DNA of 64,000 nt from Vicugna vicugna (GCA_013265495.1 MU057403.1:1-64000); one strand, 5' to 3'; shown: positions 38,746-50,964, counted from the first letter of the stretch. Notes: a model not told the origin generated them from the sequence alone. Translations and numbers: made by a program.

Positions 38746-39855
38746 CTCGCTACTCCCTCACCGCGTGGTCACACAACCTTAAAGTCGGGCATTGGGGTGT
38801 CCCAGCGCCAGGAGGACCTTAGGTGGCACCTGGGCGGGAGCTGGAAGGACAGCACTGGCTCGAGACCGACGTAGGAGGCCGGCAAGTAGCGCTAGAAAGC
38901 AGACACGACCATAGGACAAGCCGGGCCCCTGGCCATCCAGGCCCGGAGAGCGGATAAGTTTCTCACCAACTTCCCGACTCGGAGCCGGCGTTGGCTGGTG
39001 GGGGCGGCGCGTCCGGGCGCCGGGGCCTAGCGCTGCGGGACCGAGGCCGGGGCCGGCCGCTTCTGCCCTCGGGTTGCGTGGAGGGGGCTGCGAGCGGAGG
39101 CGAGGCCCGCGGGCCCTCTCCCTCCTCCACCTCCTATCCCCGGGCTCCCGGCCGCAAAAACGGCTGCACAGGCGGCCGCACACTAGCTTCTTCACCGGGA
39201 ATCAACTTCCAGGCTCTGCTCCTTCGCGAGGCGGGGCGCCGCGAGACTTCCGGTTTGCGGGTGGGCCGCTCGCGCGAGAGCAGGGCAAACCGGAAGTCGC
39301 GCGCGTGCCCCGCCCGCAAAGCGGAAATCCCGCGCGCGACCCGCTTGCAAACCGAAAGTGACGCGGCGCCCCGCCTGGCGAAGGAGCAGAACCGGGAAGT
39401 TCACTCCCGGTGAAGAAGCTAGTGCGCGGCTTCCTGTGCAGCCGTCTTTGCGGCCGGGAGCCCGGGGCTAGGAGGTGGAGGAGGGAGAGGGCCCGCGGGC
39501 CTCGCCTCCTCCCGCCGCCCCCTCCACGCAACCCGAGGGCAGAAGCGGCCGGCCTCGCAGCGCTAGGCGCGGCCGCCTGGACGCGCCCCCTCCCCCCCCC
39601 GCCACGCCGGCTCGGAGTCGGGAAGTTGGAGAGAAAATTTTCCTCTCTCCAGACCTGGCTTGCCAGGGACGAGTCTCGCTTGATGGTCTTGTCTGCTTTC
39701 TGGCGCTTCCTGTTGGCTGCCTGCGTCGTTCTCCGCACTATGCAGGCTTTCCATCCTACCGAGGTGCCAACTAAGGTCCTCCTCGCGCTGGGACACCCCG
39801 ACCAGCGACTTTAAGGTCGGGGGACAATCTGGTGAGCGGGCGGAGAGGTTCACTG
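38745..39855. promoter_or_regulatory. Inverted-duplicated CpG island, candidate bidirectional promoter
   Basis: High CpG density; the two halves are diverged reverse complements; ETS (CCGGAAGT) and GC-box motifs. Confidence 0.7.
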
Positions 39856-42794
39856 GCGCTGAAGGCAACCTTGGGTCTGGGACACTGGCCGTGGAGAGGC
39901 ACTCTTGGCCATGGTCACTGGCCCTAAAGACACACACTTGGCTTTGGTCTGTGGCCATAGAGAAACATTCCTGGCTTGTGTCACTGGCCCCGAAAACACA
40001 GCCTGGGCCTGGGCCTGGGTCACTGGCGCAGAAGCCATCCACAGGGCTTGAGCCACTGGCCTTGAGAAGACCCCGGGGGCCTGGGTCACTGGCCGTGAAG
40101 ACGCACTGTTAGCCTGGGTCACTGGCCCTAAAGACACACACCTGGCTTTGGTCAGTGGCCCTACGCATACACTCTAAGCTTAGGTCACTGGCCCCGAAAA
40201 CACAGCCTAGGCAGAAGCCATCCCATGGGCCTGGGACTCTGTCCCTGAAGGTACAACCTGGGACTGTGTAACGACATGAAAGCATTCCCAGGGCCTTGGT
40301 CACTTTCTAAGAATCTAGGAACAACAAGGGACTGTGAGACTGGTGCTGCACACATACCATTGGCCTCGGTCAGTGACCCTGAAGAAACACACACAGACTG
40401 GGTCGCTTGGCCTGAAGACACACACTTGGCTTGGGTCGTTGGCCCTGAACACACACTTGGCCTGGGTCACTGGCACTGATTGCAACCCTGGGCCTGGGTT
40501 ACTGGCCATGAAGACGCACTCTTTCCCTGGGTCACTGTCCGTGAAGGCGCACTTTAGCCTGGGTCAGTGGCCCTGATACATACTCTGGGCCTAGGTCACT
40601 GGCCATGAAGACGCACACTTAACTTGGGTCATTGGCCCTGAACACACACTTGGCCTGGGTCAGTGGCACAGAAGTAACATGCTGTATTTGTGTTACAGGG
40701 GCTGAGGGCATACCTGGAGCCTGGGTCACTGACACTGATTGCAAGTCTGGGCCTGTGTCACTGGCCATGAAGACGCACTCTTTGCCTGGGTCACTGTCCG
40801 TGAAGGTGCACTTTAGCCTGGGTCAGTGGCCCTGATACATACCCTGGTCCTGGGTCACTGGCCTTATACACACCCTGGGCCTGGGTCACTGGCCGTGAGA
40901 TGCACTCTTGGCCTGGGTCAGTGGCCCTAAACACACACTTGGCCTGGGTCTCTGGCACCAAAGAGACCTCCTGCGTCGGTCTCGAGCCAGTGCTGTCCTT
41001 CCACACGCTCTGCTTGTGTCACTCGGTTGAGGGCATACCCCGGGCCAGGGTCACTGGCACTGATTGCAAGCCTGGGCTTGGGACGCTGGCCATTAAGGGC
41101 ACTCTTGGTCTGGGTCACCGGCCTGATACATACCCTGTGCCTGGGCCACTGGCACTGATTTCAACCCTGGGCCTGGGTCACTGGCCATGAAGTCGCACTC
41201 TTGGCCTGGGTCAGTGGCCCTAAACACACATGGCCTTGGTCATTGGCATAGAAGGAACATGCTCTGCTTGTGTCACTGGGGCTGAGGGCATACCCTGGGC
41301 CAGGGTCACTGGCACTGATTGCAACCCTCGGCTTGGGACGCTGGCCGTTAAGGGCACTCTTGGTCTGGGTCACCGGCCTGATACATACCCTGTGCCTAGG
41401 TCACCTGCCGTGAATATGCACTCTTGGCCTGGGTCAGTGGCCCTAAACACACACTTGGCTTGGGTCTCTGGCACAAAATGAACACACTCTGCTTGTGTCA
41501 CTGGGTTGAGGGCATACCCAGGGCTTGGGTCATTGGCACTGATTGGAACCTTGGACCTGAGTCACTGACCATGAAGCAGCACTCTTGGCCTGTGTCACTG
41601 GCCGTGATACACATAGGGGCTGCCTCACTGGCAGTGAAGACGCACTTTTGGCCTTGGTCACTGGCCGTAAATAGGCAATTTCGCCTGGGACAGTCGCCCT
41701 GATACACACCCTGGGCCTGTATCACTGGCACTGATTGCCCCCTGGGCCTGGGTCACTGGCCATGAAGACGCACTCTTGGTCTGAGTCACTGGCCTTGATA
41801 CATATACTGGGCCTGGGTCACTGGCCCTGAAGACACACACTTGGCTTGGGTCAGTGTCCCTGAACACACACTTGGCCTGGGTCACTGGCACAACATTGTA
41901 AACTGACTGTATATATATGTATATATATGTGTATATATATATATACATATATATACATACACACACACACATACAGAAAAAGTATTGCATCTATGAACAC
42001 TAACAGATTGTGTTACAGTGGTTGAGGGCATACCCCGGGCCACGGTCACTGGCACTGATTGCAAGTCTGGGCCTGGGTCACTGGCCGTGAAGACTCACAC
42101 TTGGCCTGGGTCACTGGCCCTGATACACACACTGGGCCTGGGTCACTGGCCGTGAAGATGCACTCTTGGCCTGGGTCAGTGGCCCTAAACACACACTTGG
42201 CCTGGGTCACTGGCACAGAAGGTGCACGCTCTGCTTGTGTCACTGGGGCTGAGGGCATACCCCCGGACAGGGTCACTGGCGCTGATTGGAAACCTGGGTC
42301 TGGGATGCTGGCCTAGAAGAGCACTCTTGGTCTGGGTCACAGGCCCTGATACACACCCTGGGCCTGGGCCACTGGCACTGATTGCAACCTTAGGCCTGGG
42401 TCACTGGCCATGAAGTCGCACTCTTGGCCTGGGTCAGTGGCCCTAAGCACACACTTGGCCTAGGTGATTGGCACAGAAGGAACATGCTCTGCTTGTGTCA
42501 TGGGGGCTGAGGGCATACCCCGGGACAGGGCCACTGGCACTGATTGCATCCCTAGGCCTGGGTCACTGGCTGTGAAGACGTACTGTTGTCCTGGGTCACT
42601 GGCCCTGATACACACCCTGGGCCTGGTTCACTGGCCGTGAAGACGCACTCTTGGCCTGGGTCACTGGCCCTGATACACACATGGGCTGCGTCACTGGCCG
42701 TGAAGACGGACTGTTGGCCTTGGTCACTGGCCGTAAATAGGCACTTTGGCCTGGGAAAGTCGCCCTGATACACACCCTGGGCCTGGGTCACTGG
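39855..42794 (-). repeat. Same ~33-bp satellite in reverse orientation (right arm)
   Basis: Units read ...GGCCTGGGTCACTGG, the reverse complement of the left arm. Confidence 0.95.
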
Positions 42795-42856
42795 CACAAC
42801 ATTGTAAACTGACTGTATATATATATATATATATATACATACACACACACATACAG
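42795..42856 (+). mobile_element. L1 terminal sequence plus (TA)n(CA)n tail, right part of the split L1
   Basis: 'cacaacattgtaaactgact' matches the L1 terminus at ~29242-29258; followed by the TSD. Confidence 0.75.
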
Positions 42857-42871
42857 AAAAAGTATTGCATC

Positions 42872-44330
42872 TATGAACACTAACAGGATAATGTAAAAGA
42901 GAACATTCTGAAAACAAAACAGAGCTCTTCAGTATTAGGAATGAGGAGCAGCAGTAAGTTTACATTAGTAGGGTTAGTGGAGAAGTCTTCTAGACAGACA
43001 AAAACAATTGAGAGAGATGGAAATAAAGGGAAAAATACTAAAATGATCAATTAGAGGTCCGATATTCAAATAACAGTTTCAGACAGAGCGGAGAAAACTA
43101 AGGAGATGAAACTAAATAACACAAAAATATTCCCCAGAATTGAAGGACATAAGTTTTCGGGTTCAAAGTGCCACTAAATGCTACCAGTTTAAAATCACTG
43201 AGCACTGGAAATCAAGAAAAGATCTAAGTAATTTCCAGGGGGAAAGAACAGATCATATATAAAAGATGAAGAATTGGAATGGCAATGGGCTACTTGAAAG
43301 CAACTCTGGATAACAAAAGATTGTGGAAAATTTTCTTCAAAATTCTTAAGGAGGCCAATTCCTAAGAATAGATATCTCTGAGGAGAGAAAAAAAAGTGAG
43401 TCTAAGAAATGATCTTATGCATTCGAATTAAGATGAATTAATCATTGACTAAAATGAGATTTATACTTGTGGAGGGGCAGAGGGGTGTAGGAATAAAATT
43501 AGTGACAGATCCTTTAAAAATAAAGCAAATAAAAAGAGAGAAAAAAACTTAATGGAAAGTAAAAGCAAAAGTAGTATAAGGAAGAAAATGCCGCAGAAGT
43601 TTACTAAATGGCTCCTAGTAACGATCTAATAACACTATTATTGATTTAAACCCCAAATAGTGATATAAGTATATTGTGAGGGTGGAGGTAAAGGAGATCT
43701 TGAAGGCAGTGGTTGTTTAAAAAAAAGAAAGAAAGAAAGAAAGAGAGAAAGAGAGAGAACCAAACTAAATAGAATGCTTCTGGTTATATATTGTAGAGAA
43801 ATTGTTGCATATATTTCTCAAGGAAGCATATATACTTAAAGGCTATTCAGAACAGTGTTAACTGTTAGCATGAAAATTTAGAACCTTCCAATTGGCCATC
43901 AATAGAGCACCTGTTAAATAAATTACAGTATATCCTTTCAGTTAGACTGTTATACAGTCAGTACATCAATAAAGCCATTTTATATGTACTGATAAGAAAT
44001 AGTCTCTAGAAATAAGTCAAAAAATTAAGATCAATTTCTGCATTTATATAAAAAGAAAAGGGAAAGTATAGCTTGCTTTCTCTCTGTCTCATGTTTTTAT
44101 ACACACACACACACACACACACACACGTATATATGTGCTTACAGCGTATACACACTACTGTTAGAAGTTTTCTTATATATTCTTCCAGTAAAAGCCTATG
44201 CATATATAAATAAATGTGTGTATGTTTCTATCCGCATATATGTATGTATACTTATTTGTATTTGTATAGCTTATCTCTGAAAGAGTACACAAGAAACCTC
44301 TAATAGTAATTGAGAATGACTGGGGGCCAA
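42872..44330 (+). mobile_element. Ancient L1 (L1ME-like) ORF1 to 3' remnants
   Basis: ORF1-like 'aaaatattccccagaattgaaggacataagttttc...gaattggaatggcaatgggctacttgaaagcaactctgga'. Confidence 0.65.
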
Positions 44331-44849
44331 GGACTGCAGAAGGTTTTCACCATCCTTTTGAAGCCTTGTGTACCCCATAAATGCGTTCTCTCTTCATTGA
44401 TGATGATGGTGATGAATATAACAAAGACACTGAAATGCCTGATTTGTTGGTCTCAGGGCTGTTATTGACCATCACCGTGAAGTCCTTGGTCTCACGCTCT
44501 CCCCGGGCTAAGGCCGGGAGAGCTGGCCATCTCCTGGAGAGGGAGGAGGGGGATGGTGCTGGGAAGCCCACTGGCCTCGGCCGCCACCACCGGGACCCCT
44601 GCCTCTGGTGGGCTCTGCTTTTGCTGCTGCCTCCTTTGGGTTGTGCTGGCCATCACTTTGATTTTCATCCAGGCTCTACCACATAGCCAGTTCCATTCCA
44701 CCCTGACCTAGTCCACCCACGGTGATCTGGGCTCTCTCTTGCCCAAGAAGGGAATTGAGACATGCAGTCCTTGTTTTCCTCCCTTCCTTTCCTTTCCTTT
44801 TTTTTTTTTTTCTTTTCTTTCTTTCAAAGTCATCTCGCTGACTCTAGAG

Positions 44850-45050
44850 CCATACTGCTCGGGCTGTGTTTCTGACTCTGCTTCTTACTAGCTGTGTGAA
44901 CTTCCATGAATTTCCTGATTTTTCTTTCAGTTTCCTCAACTATGAAGTGAGGAACTTACCTTCATAGAGCTGTGGTGAGGATTTATATATGTTAAATAGT
45001 AATACAAGTCATGACTTGCACACAGAGGAAGTGCTCAATGAGGGTGAAGC
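44850..45050. mobile_element. MIR
   Basis: 'ctctgcttcttactagctgtgtgaac...tcagtttcctcaac...gctgtggtgaggatt'. Confidence 0.75.
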
Positions 45051-46343
45051 GTTGTTGATGTATTTACATGGTATCACACTCAGATGTTTACTGAGCATCT
45101 ACCTTAGTCACTGTTGGCTGGTGATACAGTGCTGAACGGGACATGATCACTGCCCGCAGTCAGAGGCAGGAACCTAGTAAACAGTCCACAAAATGCTGCA
45201 GTGTGAGTACTATGATAAGTGTGGATACAGCATACGCTATGGGAATCCCCAGCCCCCTGTCGGAACAATGAAGGGCATGTTAGCTTGAACACGGCAGTGG
45301 TCTTCGTGAAACCAAATAAAGGAAATATTCAAGAATTATGGTGAACGTTATGATGAAAACAATCAGGGGGCTGAGTAGAACAGTGGGGTAGGAGGCCACC
45401 TCACCAAACGAGTCTAGCTCTTGAATAGGGGGAGAAAGCACACCCCGTGTGGCAGCTGTTTACCAAGTACCATTCAGAAGCTTTGTGGCAAGGGCTCGTG
45501 TTGTCCGATGGAGCCGTGCTGTCTTGGGTTTACCGCCGGCATCTTCAGCATCTTTATGAGCTCTGCCAAGAGAGTACCGAGAGTGGCTTCAACCCTAGAT
45601 TTTCTCCATCATCAATAATCTGTACAATATCTCAACCTCCTTCTTGAACATTGTAAGGTTTCGTGGTGACCATGTGATATTGGGCGTATGGTCCGTACGG
45701 GTGCTTTACTGGCTGTTAACTCATCTCTTCCTGCCCTAGTGGTGATCACAGATGTCTTAGGCATGAATCTTTAGGGATGATGGTGTGGAGCATCTCTGTG
45801 ATGGTAGTTTTGGCCCCAAAGTGCAACTAAATGAGTGTAATTCTGCTTTCCATGCTAACTACAGAACGGTCTGCTGGCATCTCTAGGGTGATACCCTCCG
45901 CAGAGGTGCCAACGTTTGGGGAGTTGTAATGCTACGATTGGTATGTTCAGAAGAACAGACTAGATTCAACCACTTGTCCTCAGCTAGGTTCCAGCAACAG
46001 CTTTTGAGCTGGCAGCTTGCTCGTTGTCAGTTTGCTGTTTGTGTTCTCTACAGCATTTTACCACTTGACACTGCGATGTCAGATGCAGTAGAAACTGAGA
46101 TTCCATTAGTTGAAGAGAATGATGTCAGAGCTGAAAAATGCATAAATTATAGATGTTGAGTGCTGCCCAAGTAGTGTATCTACTACAATCACTGAACTAT
46201 TATGTTTTTTAGTTTCTTAGTCTTTTTTTGTGAGTTCCTTAGGGTTAATGGCAGCCACCAAAATAACTTTGGTTTGCTGATAACGGGAACATTTGGAGAA
46301 GGAGTGACTGGTTCTTCCTGCCAATAACACATTCTCTTGGTCT

Positions 46344-46476
46344 TTTTGTTTTTTTTAATTGAGGTATAAGCAGTTACAATGTGTCCATTTCTGGTGTCTA
46401 GCACAATGTCCCAGTCATGCATATACAGACATGTATTTGTTTTCATATTCTTTTTCACTAAAGGTTATTGCAAGAA
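46344..46476 (-). mobile_element. Short L1 3' tail insertion
   Basis: Reverse complement of the L1 terminus seen at ~29.2 kb; TSD TCTCTTGGTCT on both sides. Confidence 0.75.
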
Positions 46477-48097
46477 TCTCTTGGTCTTGAAGCTTTTTTT
46501 TCTTTCAGTTTTTGTCTCCCTATGTGATAGTTGTTGGCAAAGATGCCCTCTTGGCTCAGTTACTCTGTTTCTTGGGAGGAATGGAGGATTTTGTAAGTGG
46601 TTCTTTGATATTCTGAGGCTTGGCACTGTGGAATACACTCAGTTGAAGACAGTCCAAAAGAACACAGTGGCTTGGATTTTCCCAAGATCAGCTTCAGGAA
46701 AGGCTACCTGATACTATCTGGCCTCCCCCGGCTGGATTTGTTCTCTCTGCTCCTCTCTGCCCGCATGGAAACCCCAGAGTGTTGAGATTTTGCTGCCTTC
46801 CAAGGAAGAGATGTGGCTTTTAGACAAGAACAAGGAGGAGGGAAAACAAGCTGAATGACTACACACATCATTTCTGACCCAGAGAAAGCTGTGGTTTCAG
46901 AAGTTCCAGTTGGCTGGGGCCCCTCGGAGAGTGTACCAAATCATCTTTTGCTTGGCCATAGGGTTTGTGTCAGCTGTTCTGGCTATGGTCCCAGCTGGGT
47001 CTGCTTCCTTCTTCATGCTCTGCAGGTTTGGTTTCAGTGTCCACACTGGGTGGGCAGTGGCCCTGCAGATTGTAAAAGCAGGAGTCCCAGCACCTGCTTT
47101 GTGATGTACACATGGCAGGTGCTTGAGACCTGCACAGGTGGATCTGGCGGGGCTGCGGTCCATATGGGGAGGCAGCTCACAGCACAGGTAGGAAGGGGGC
47201 TAGCAGAGTACAAATGCAACTCTTAAGTAATTCAGCTCTAGTTAAGCCTCTAACACACGGCAGCAAAGATCCAGACAGAAGTCCAGACGTGTCCAGAGAA
47301 AATCAGGACTTTTTATTATAAGACCCCAGATCAGTCACACAAACACATAGACACTGCCTAGCCCATCTCACAGTCTGGCATTTCCTGGAAGGAGTCAAAC
47401 CTTGCTGGGTAAACAAACTGTCATAGGCAGATAAGTAGATTCCTGGAGACTATCAATCCCACACCCGCCCTTCTTCTCCACTGGAAAATTCAAATCCCCC
47501 TCCTGTGTCCCCACCAGGTCAGTTTTGGAATTATCCCCTCGGGTGGCACATGGGAGTCAGCAGAACGCATTTCAGAACCATCTGGACTTCATCTGATTAA
47601 TGCCACTCTGCCTGGCATTTGACAGGCACTTAATCAGTTTCCCTATTACCTTTACAGCCAAGGGTTACTCTGATTTCCAGAAAACTGTGGGAAAATAAGA
47701 GACAGAATCCTCTTTGAAAGAGTTACTGCAATTTTTTTCAATGAAGCTGATGACGTTTCTCCTTCTTTCACACTTCTCAAGAGAACAAAGTTACAACACT
47801 AGAAGGTTTCCACTGACTTCTTTTAGAAGATGAGCAAACTGCGACCCAAGGAGACTGACGTTTCCATGAGGTGAGAGTCTCTACGGTGATAAAAACTTTT
47901 CTGTCGTTATCAACAACGAGGAGAAATGGCTCTTTTCACAAAGATACAGGATTCTGCCCAGGACGACGTAAGGTCTGGCCTTTCCCTTCTTGGAGTTTAT
48001 ATTCAAAGATTGGAAGAGAGAGACGAATGGCCAACTCACCCATACTCATTCGTGGTGATTGTGAAGGTTATGGAAGAACACTACAGCATTGGGAGAA

Positions 48098-48477
48098 TGT
48101 CTCAGTGCATTTGGGCTTCTATAACAAAACACATGATGGCTTATAAACAACAGAAACCTATTTCTCACCATGCTGGAGGCTGGGAAGTCCAAGATCAAGG
48201 TGCCAGCAGATTCAGTGACTGGTGACAGTTTGCTTTCTGGTTCACAGATGGCCATTTTCTCCCTGTGTCCTCACATGATGGAAGGGGTAGGGAGCCCTCT
48301 GGGGTCTCTTCTGTAAGGGCACTCATCCCATTCATGAAAGCGCCACTCTCATGACCTAATCACCTCCCAAAGGTCTCACCTCCAAATCTCCAAATATCAT
48401 CACGCAGGGCTTAGGTCACAATATGTGAATTCGGGAGGTGGGGGAGGGTGCAGCACGCAAACATTCAGTTGATAGCA
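48098..48477. mobile_element. MaLR MLT1 solo LTR
   Basis: 'ctggaggctgggaagtccaagatcaaggtgccagcag...ctcatgacctaatcacctcccaaagg...acattcag'. Confidence 0.85.
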
Positions 48478-48659
48478 GAGAGTATAAGGGAGCTCAGGAA
48501 GAGAAGTGAAAAAGTGGATTTTAGCATCTACAGCTCCTGATTATTTAACAGAAAGAACTGAAAAACTACAGGTTTGGTTAACTCCCACGCTGTTTGGCTC
48601 AATGGCCATAACCTCGTGGATTATGTGAGATTTCTAAGAGCTTTGGGAAAATGATACCT

Positions 48660-48863
48660 CAGTGTAAAACGATTCCCAAATGGAGCTCATCAAAATCACA
48701 GCCTGAGGGCATTCGAATCCCCTGGGATGATTGCTGAAGTGCAGATTCCAGGACTGGACCCAGGTCTGCTTCGTCAGGCTCATAAGCTTGGGTCTGAAGG
48801 AATCTGTAATTTGAATCAGCTCTCCATGTGGCTCTTACACCCATGAACGTTTGAGAACCCCTG
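48660..48863. mobile_element. MER5-like hAT DNA transposon remnant
   Basis: 'gcagattccagg...gaatctgtaatt...gtttgagaacccctg' MER5-type terminus. Confidence 0.6.
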
Positions 48864-50964
48864 CCAACACCCCGAATCAGGAGCAAGCCCAGACAATCTT
48901 GAATTTTCTTGCCCTTAAAAAAAAATTAAGTCAGCCACAAAGGGACCATGATAGCTGTGTAGTTTTCTTTAAAACTTCTAGAGAACTCTACGTACGTGAG
49001 CTGTAATCAGACCCCGAAGGAGAAAGTTTGACTCAACCCGCAGAGCAAGTTGAATAAAATCAATCATCTTTGCCAAAACCTAATCATGCAGATCTGCCAT
49101 GAATAACTTCAGTATTTTAAAGCCCAGCCAGGATCTCCAGCCAGTTCAGAGAGTCTTTCCAATATCACTGTCACCTTTTGTTTAAAGGAGCTGCCTGTCG
49201 GGAGGTGGGCGGGGAGGTGCTTTCTAAATGAAAAACATTATTTACAGAACACTAAAGAAATTCTAATTCCAAAATATGTGTTCCTGGCATGTTGTTGAAA
49301 AGTTTGGGCACAATTTCCCATAGAAGTAGTTTCCTAGAACATGTTGATGATAACATCGCTTTAGGCTTAACCTAAAACAATGTTTCAAGGAAATTTTCTT
49401 ATTCAATAGTTGGACACAATCAGAAAAACCAGAATGAAAAGACAAACTTTATTGTAAGAATTTGGGATTAAATCCTCTCTTTGGTAAAGAAAAAAAAAGT
49501 AATTAAAAAATAAAATTGTATTAAGGGTAGCCTTTCTACATCAGGAAATTCACCAACTGCTCTCTTATAACTGTGAACGACATGGCTGTATACATGTCCT
49601 CAAGAATGTTGACCTAATAGGGAATCCTGAGTAATTAACCTTCACAGAAGGACTATTCAACATCAGTTCTTCATCACCAAGTTCATGAAACCATCTGGGG
49701 AGTTCTTATTTGCTTGCTCTGTTCTGTTCTGTTTTGCTTGTCAAGCCAATGCCTGAGTCTCACCCCCAAATTCTATTTTTGTGGGGCTGGGGTGAGACTC
49801 ATGTGACAACAAAGGGCAACCAGTGTTGAGATACCCGTTTATAGCCAATGCAATAGTTTCCCAAAGTTATTAGCAGATGGTACATTCTCACTAATGTAGG
49901 TGCTTTACATTCTTAATATACAGGTTTCTAAATTAAGGTAGGATTGTCTACCATTGTTATGGAGACAAGCCAATAATTGTTCTATGCATCCCATGTTATG
50001 TGACCTAAATCTTTGGCTGCGGGGAGTGGTGGGGCTCTGAGCCTAATTCTGAGTTTACTAGAGTAACGTAATGGCCCCAAAATCTAGTGTCTGAGTAAAA
50101 AGGGGTTTTACTTATGAGGGCCTCTCTAAACTAAGCCAGGTCACACATGCCTTGATTGTGTGTTTTAAGGCAACAAAGCAGTTAGACGTGTCATCAACTT
50201 GGTTAGGTTGAGAGGGCAGAGCCTGATGTGATGTCAGGATGCTCTGAATGTAGACCAGGTAGAGGGAGGACCAAACAAGGACCACCTCCTGTCAGGATTT
50301 GAGCCTGTGATTCCTAAACTCACGTCCCTACCACGTGCATCTCGCTTTACTCCCCAACTACAAACAGCTGTTTCTCACCTCAGTGGCTTTGCTCAAGTTT
50401 TTAATTCTGACATCCATTCCTACCTTCCCTCCTTCCCCCCCAAAGTACTCCTTACCATCCGGTCAGGCTCTGCTCAGTGTCCACTCAGATGCCACTTCTC
50501 TCAGAAGCTGTTCCTGACACTTTGATTGAGAAGCAAATGGTGCTTCAGTTTAGGGGCTCCTCGCTTGCATGGGTCCCTCCCAAAATCCTGAGAGGGCCCC
50601 CAAAGTGTTTTCATGTGGTCGTGTTTTTTAAATAAAATGTGCAGAAGTAAAATATTTTACCCATAATTGTTTCAGGCTCTCCACTTCAACTACCCCTCTA
50701 TGAAACTGCCTCTTGTGTTGAGGCCTGTGGGAGGGACCATGAGCATTTCTGAGAATCAGGATAAACGGACATTGAATTTGGAATACATTTAGTTTGAGTT
50801 TAGTGAAATAATGTACTTACTAATAATATAATTAGTGGCTGTCATATAACAACAACATCAAAAAACAACCAAATAATATGTCGATTACATCTCAATAAAA
50901 GCTGAAAAAAAGATCTTAAACCTGTTTCTATTAATGCATCCTCCAAAATGTTGTAAAATAATCT

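Noticed and set aside
38779..39814. Mirror ORFs starting MKKLV.G.LCSR.CGREPG in both core halves
   Set aside because: GTG starts, low-complexity Arg/Pro/Ala content, frames diverge between the halves; explained by the DNA inversion and GC richness
35525..42794. Regularly spaced ~33-bp repeats superficially like a CRISPR array
   Set aside because: Mammalian DNA; degenerate head-to-tail monomers, no unique spacers, no cas genes
35742..42917. Many ORFs with repeating PVTQAQ / ASDPGPG / WVTG peptides
   Set aside because: A by-product of the 33-bp unit; short ORFs in all six frames with frequent stops and frame changes
45421..47226. Short ORFs in moderately GC-rich sequence
   Set aside because: No recognisable protein similarity or consistent exon structure; possibly old repeat remnants
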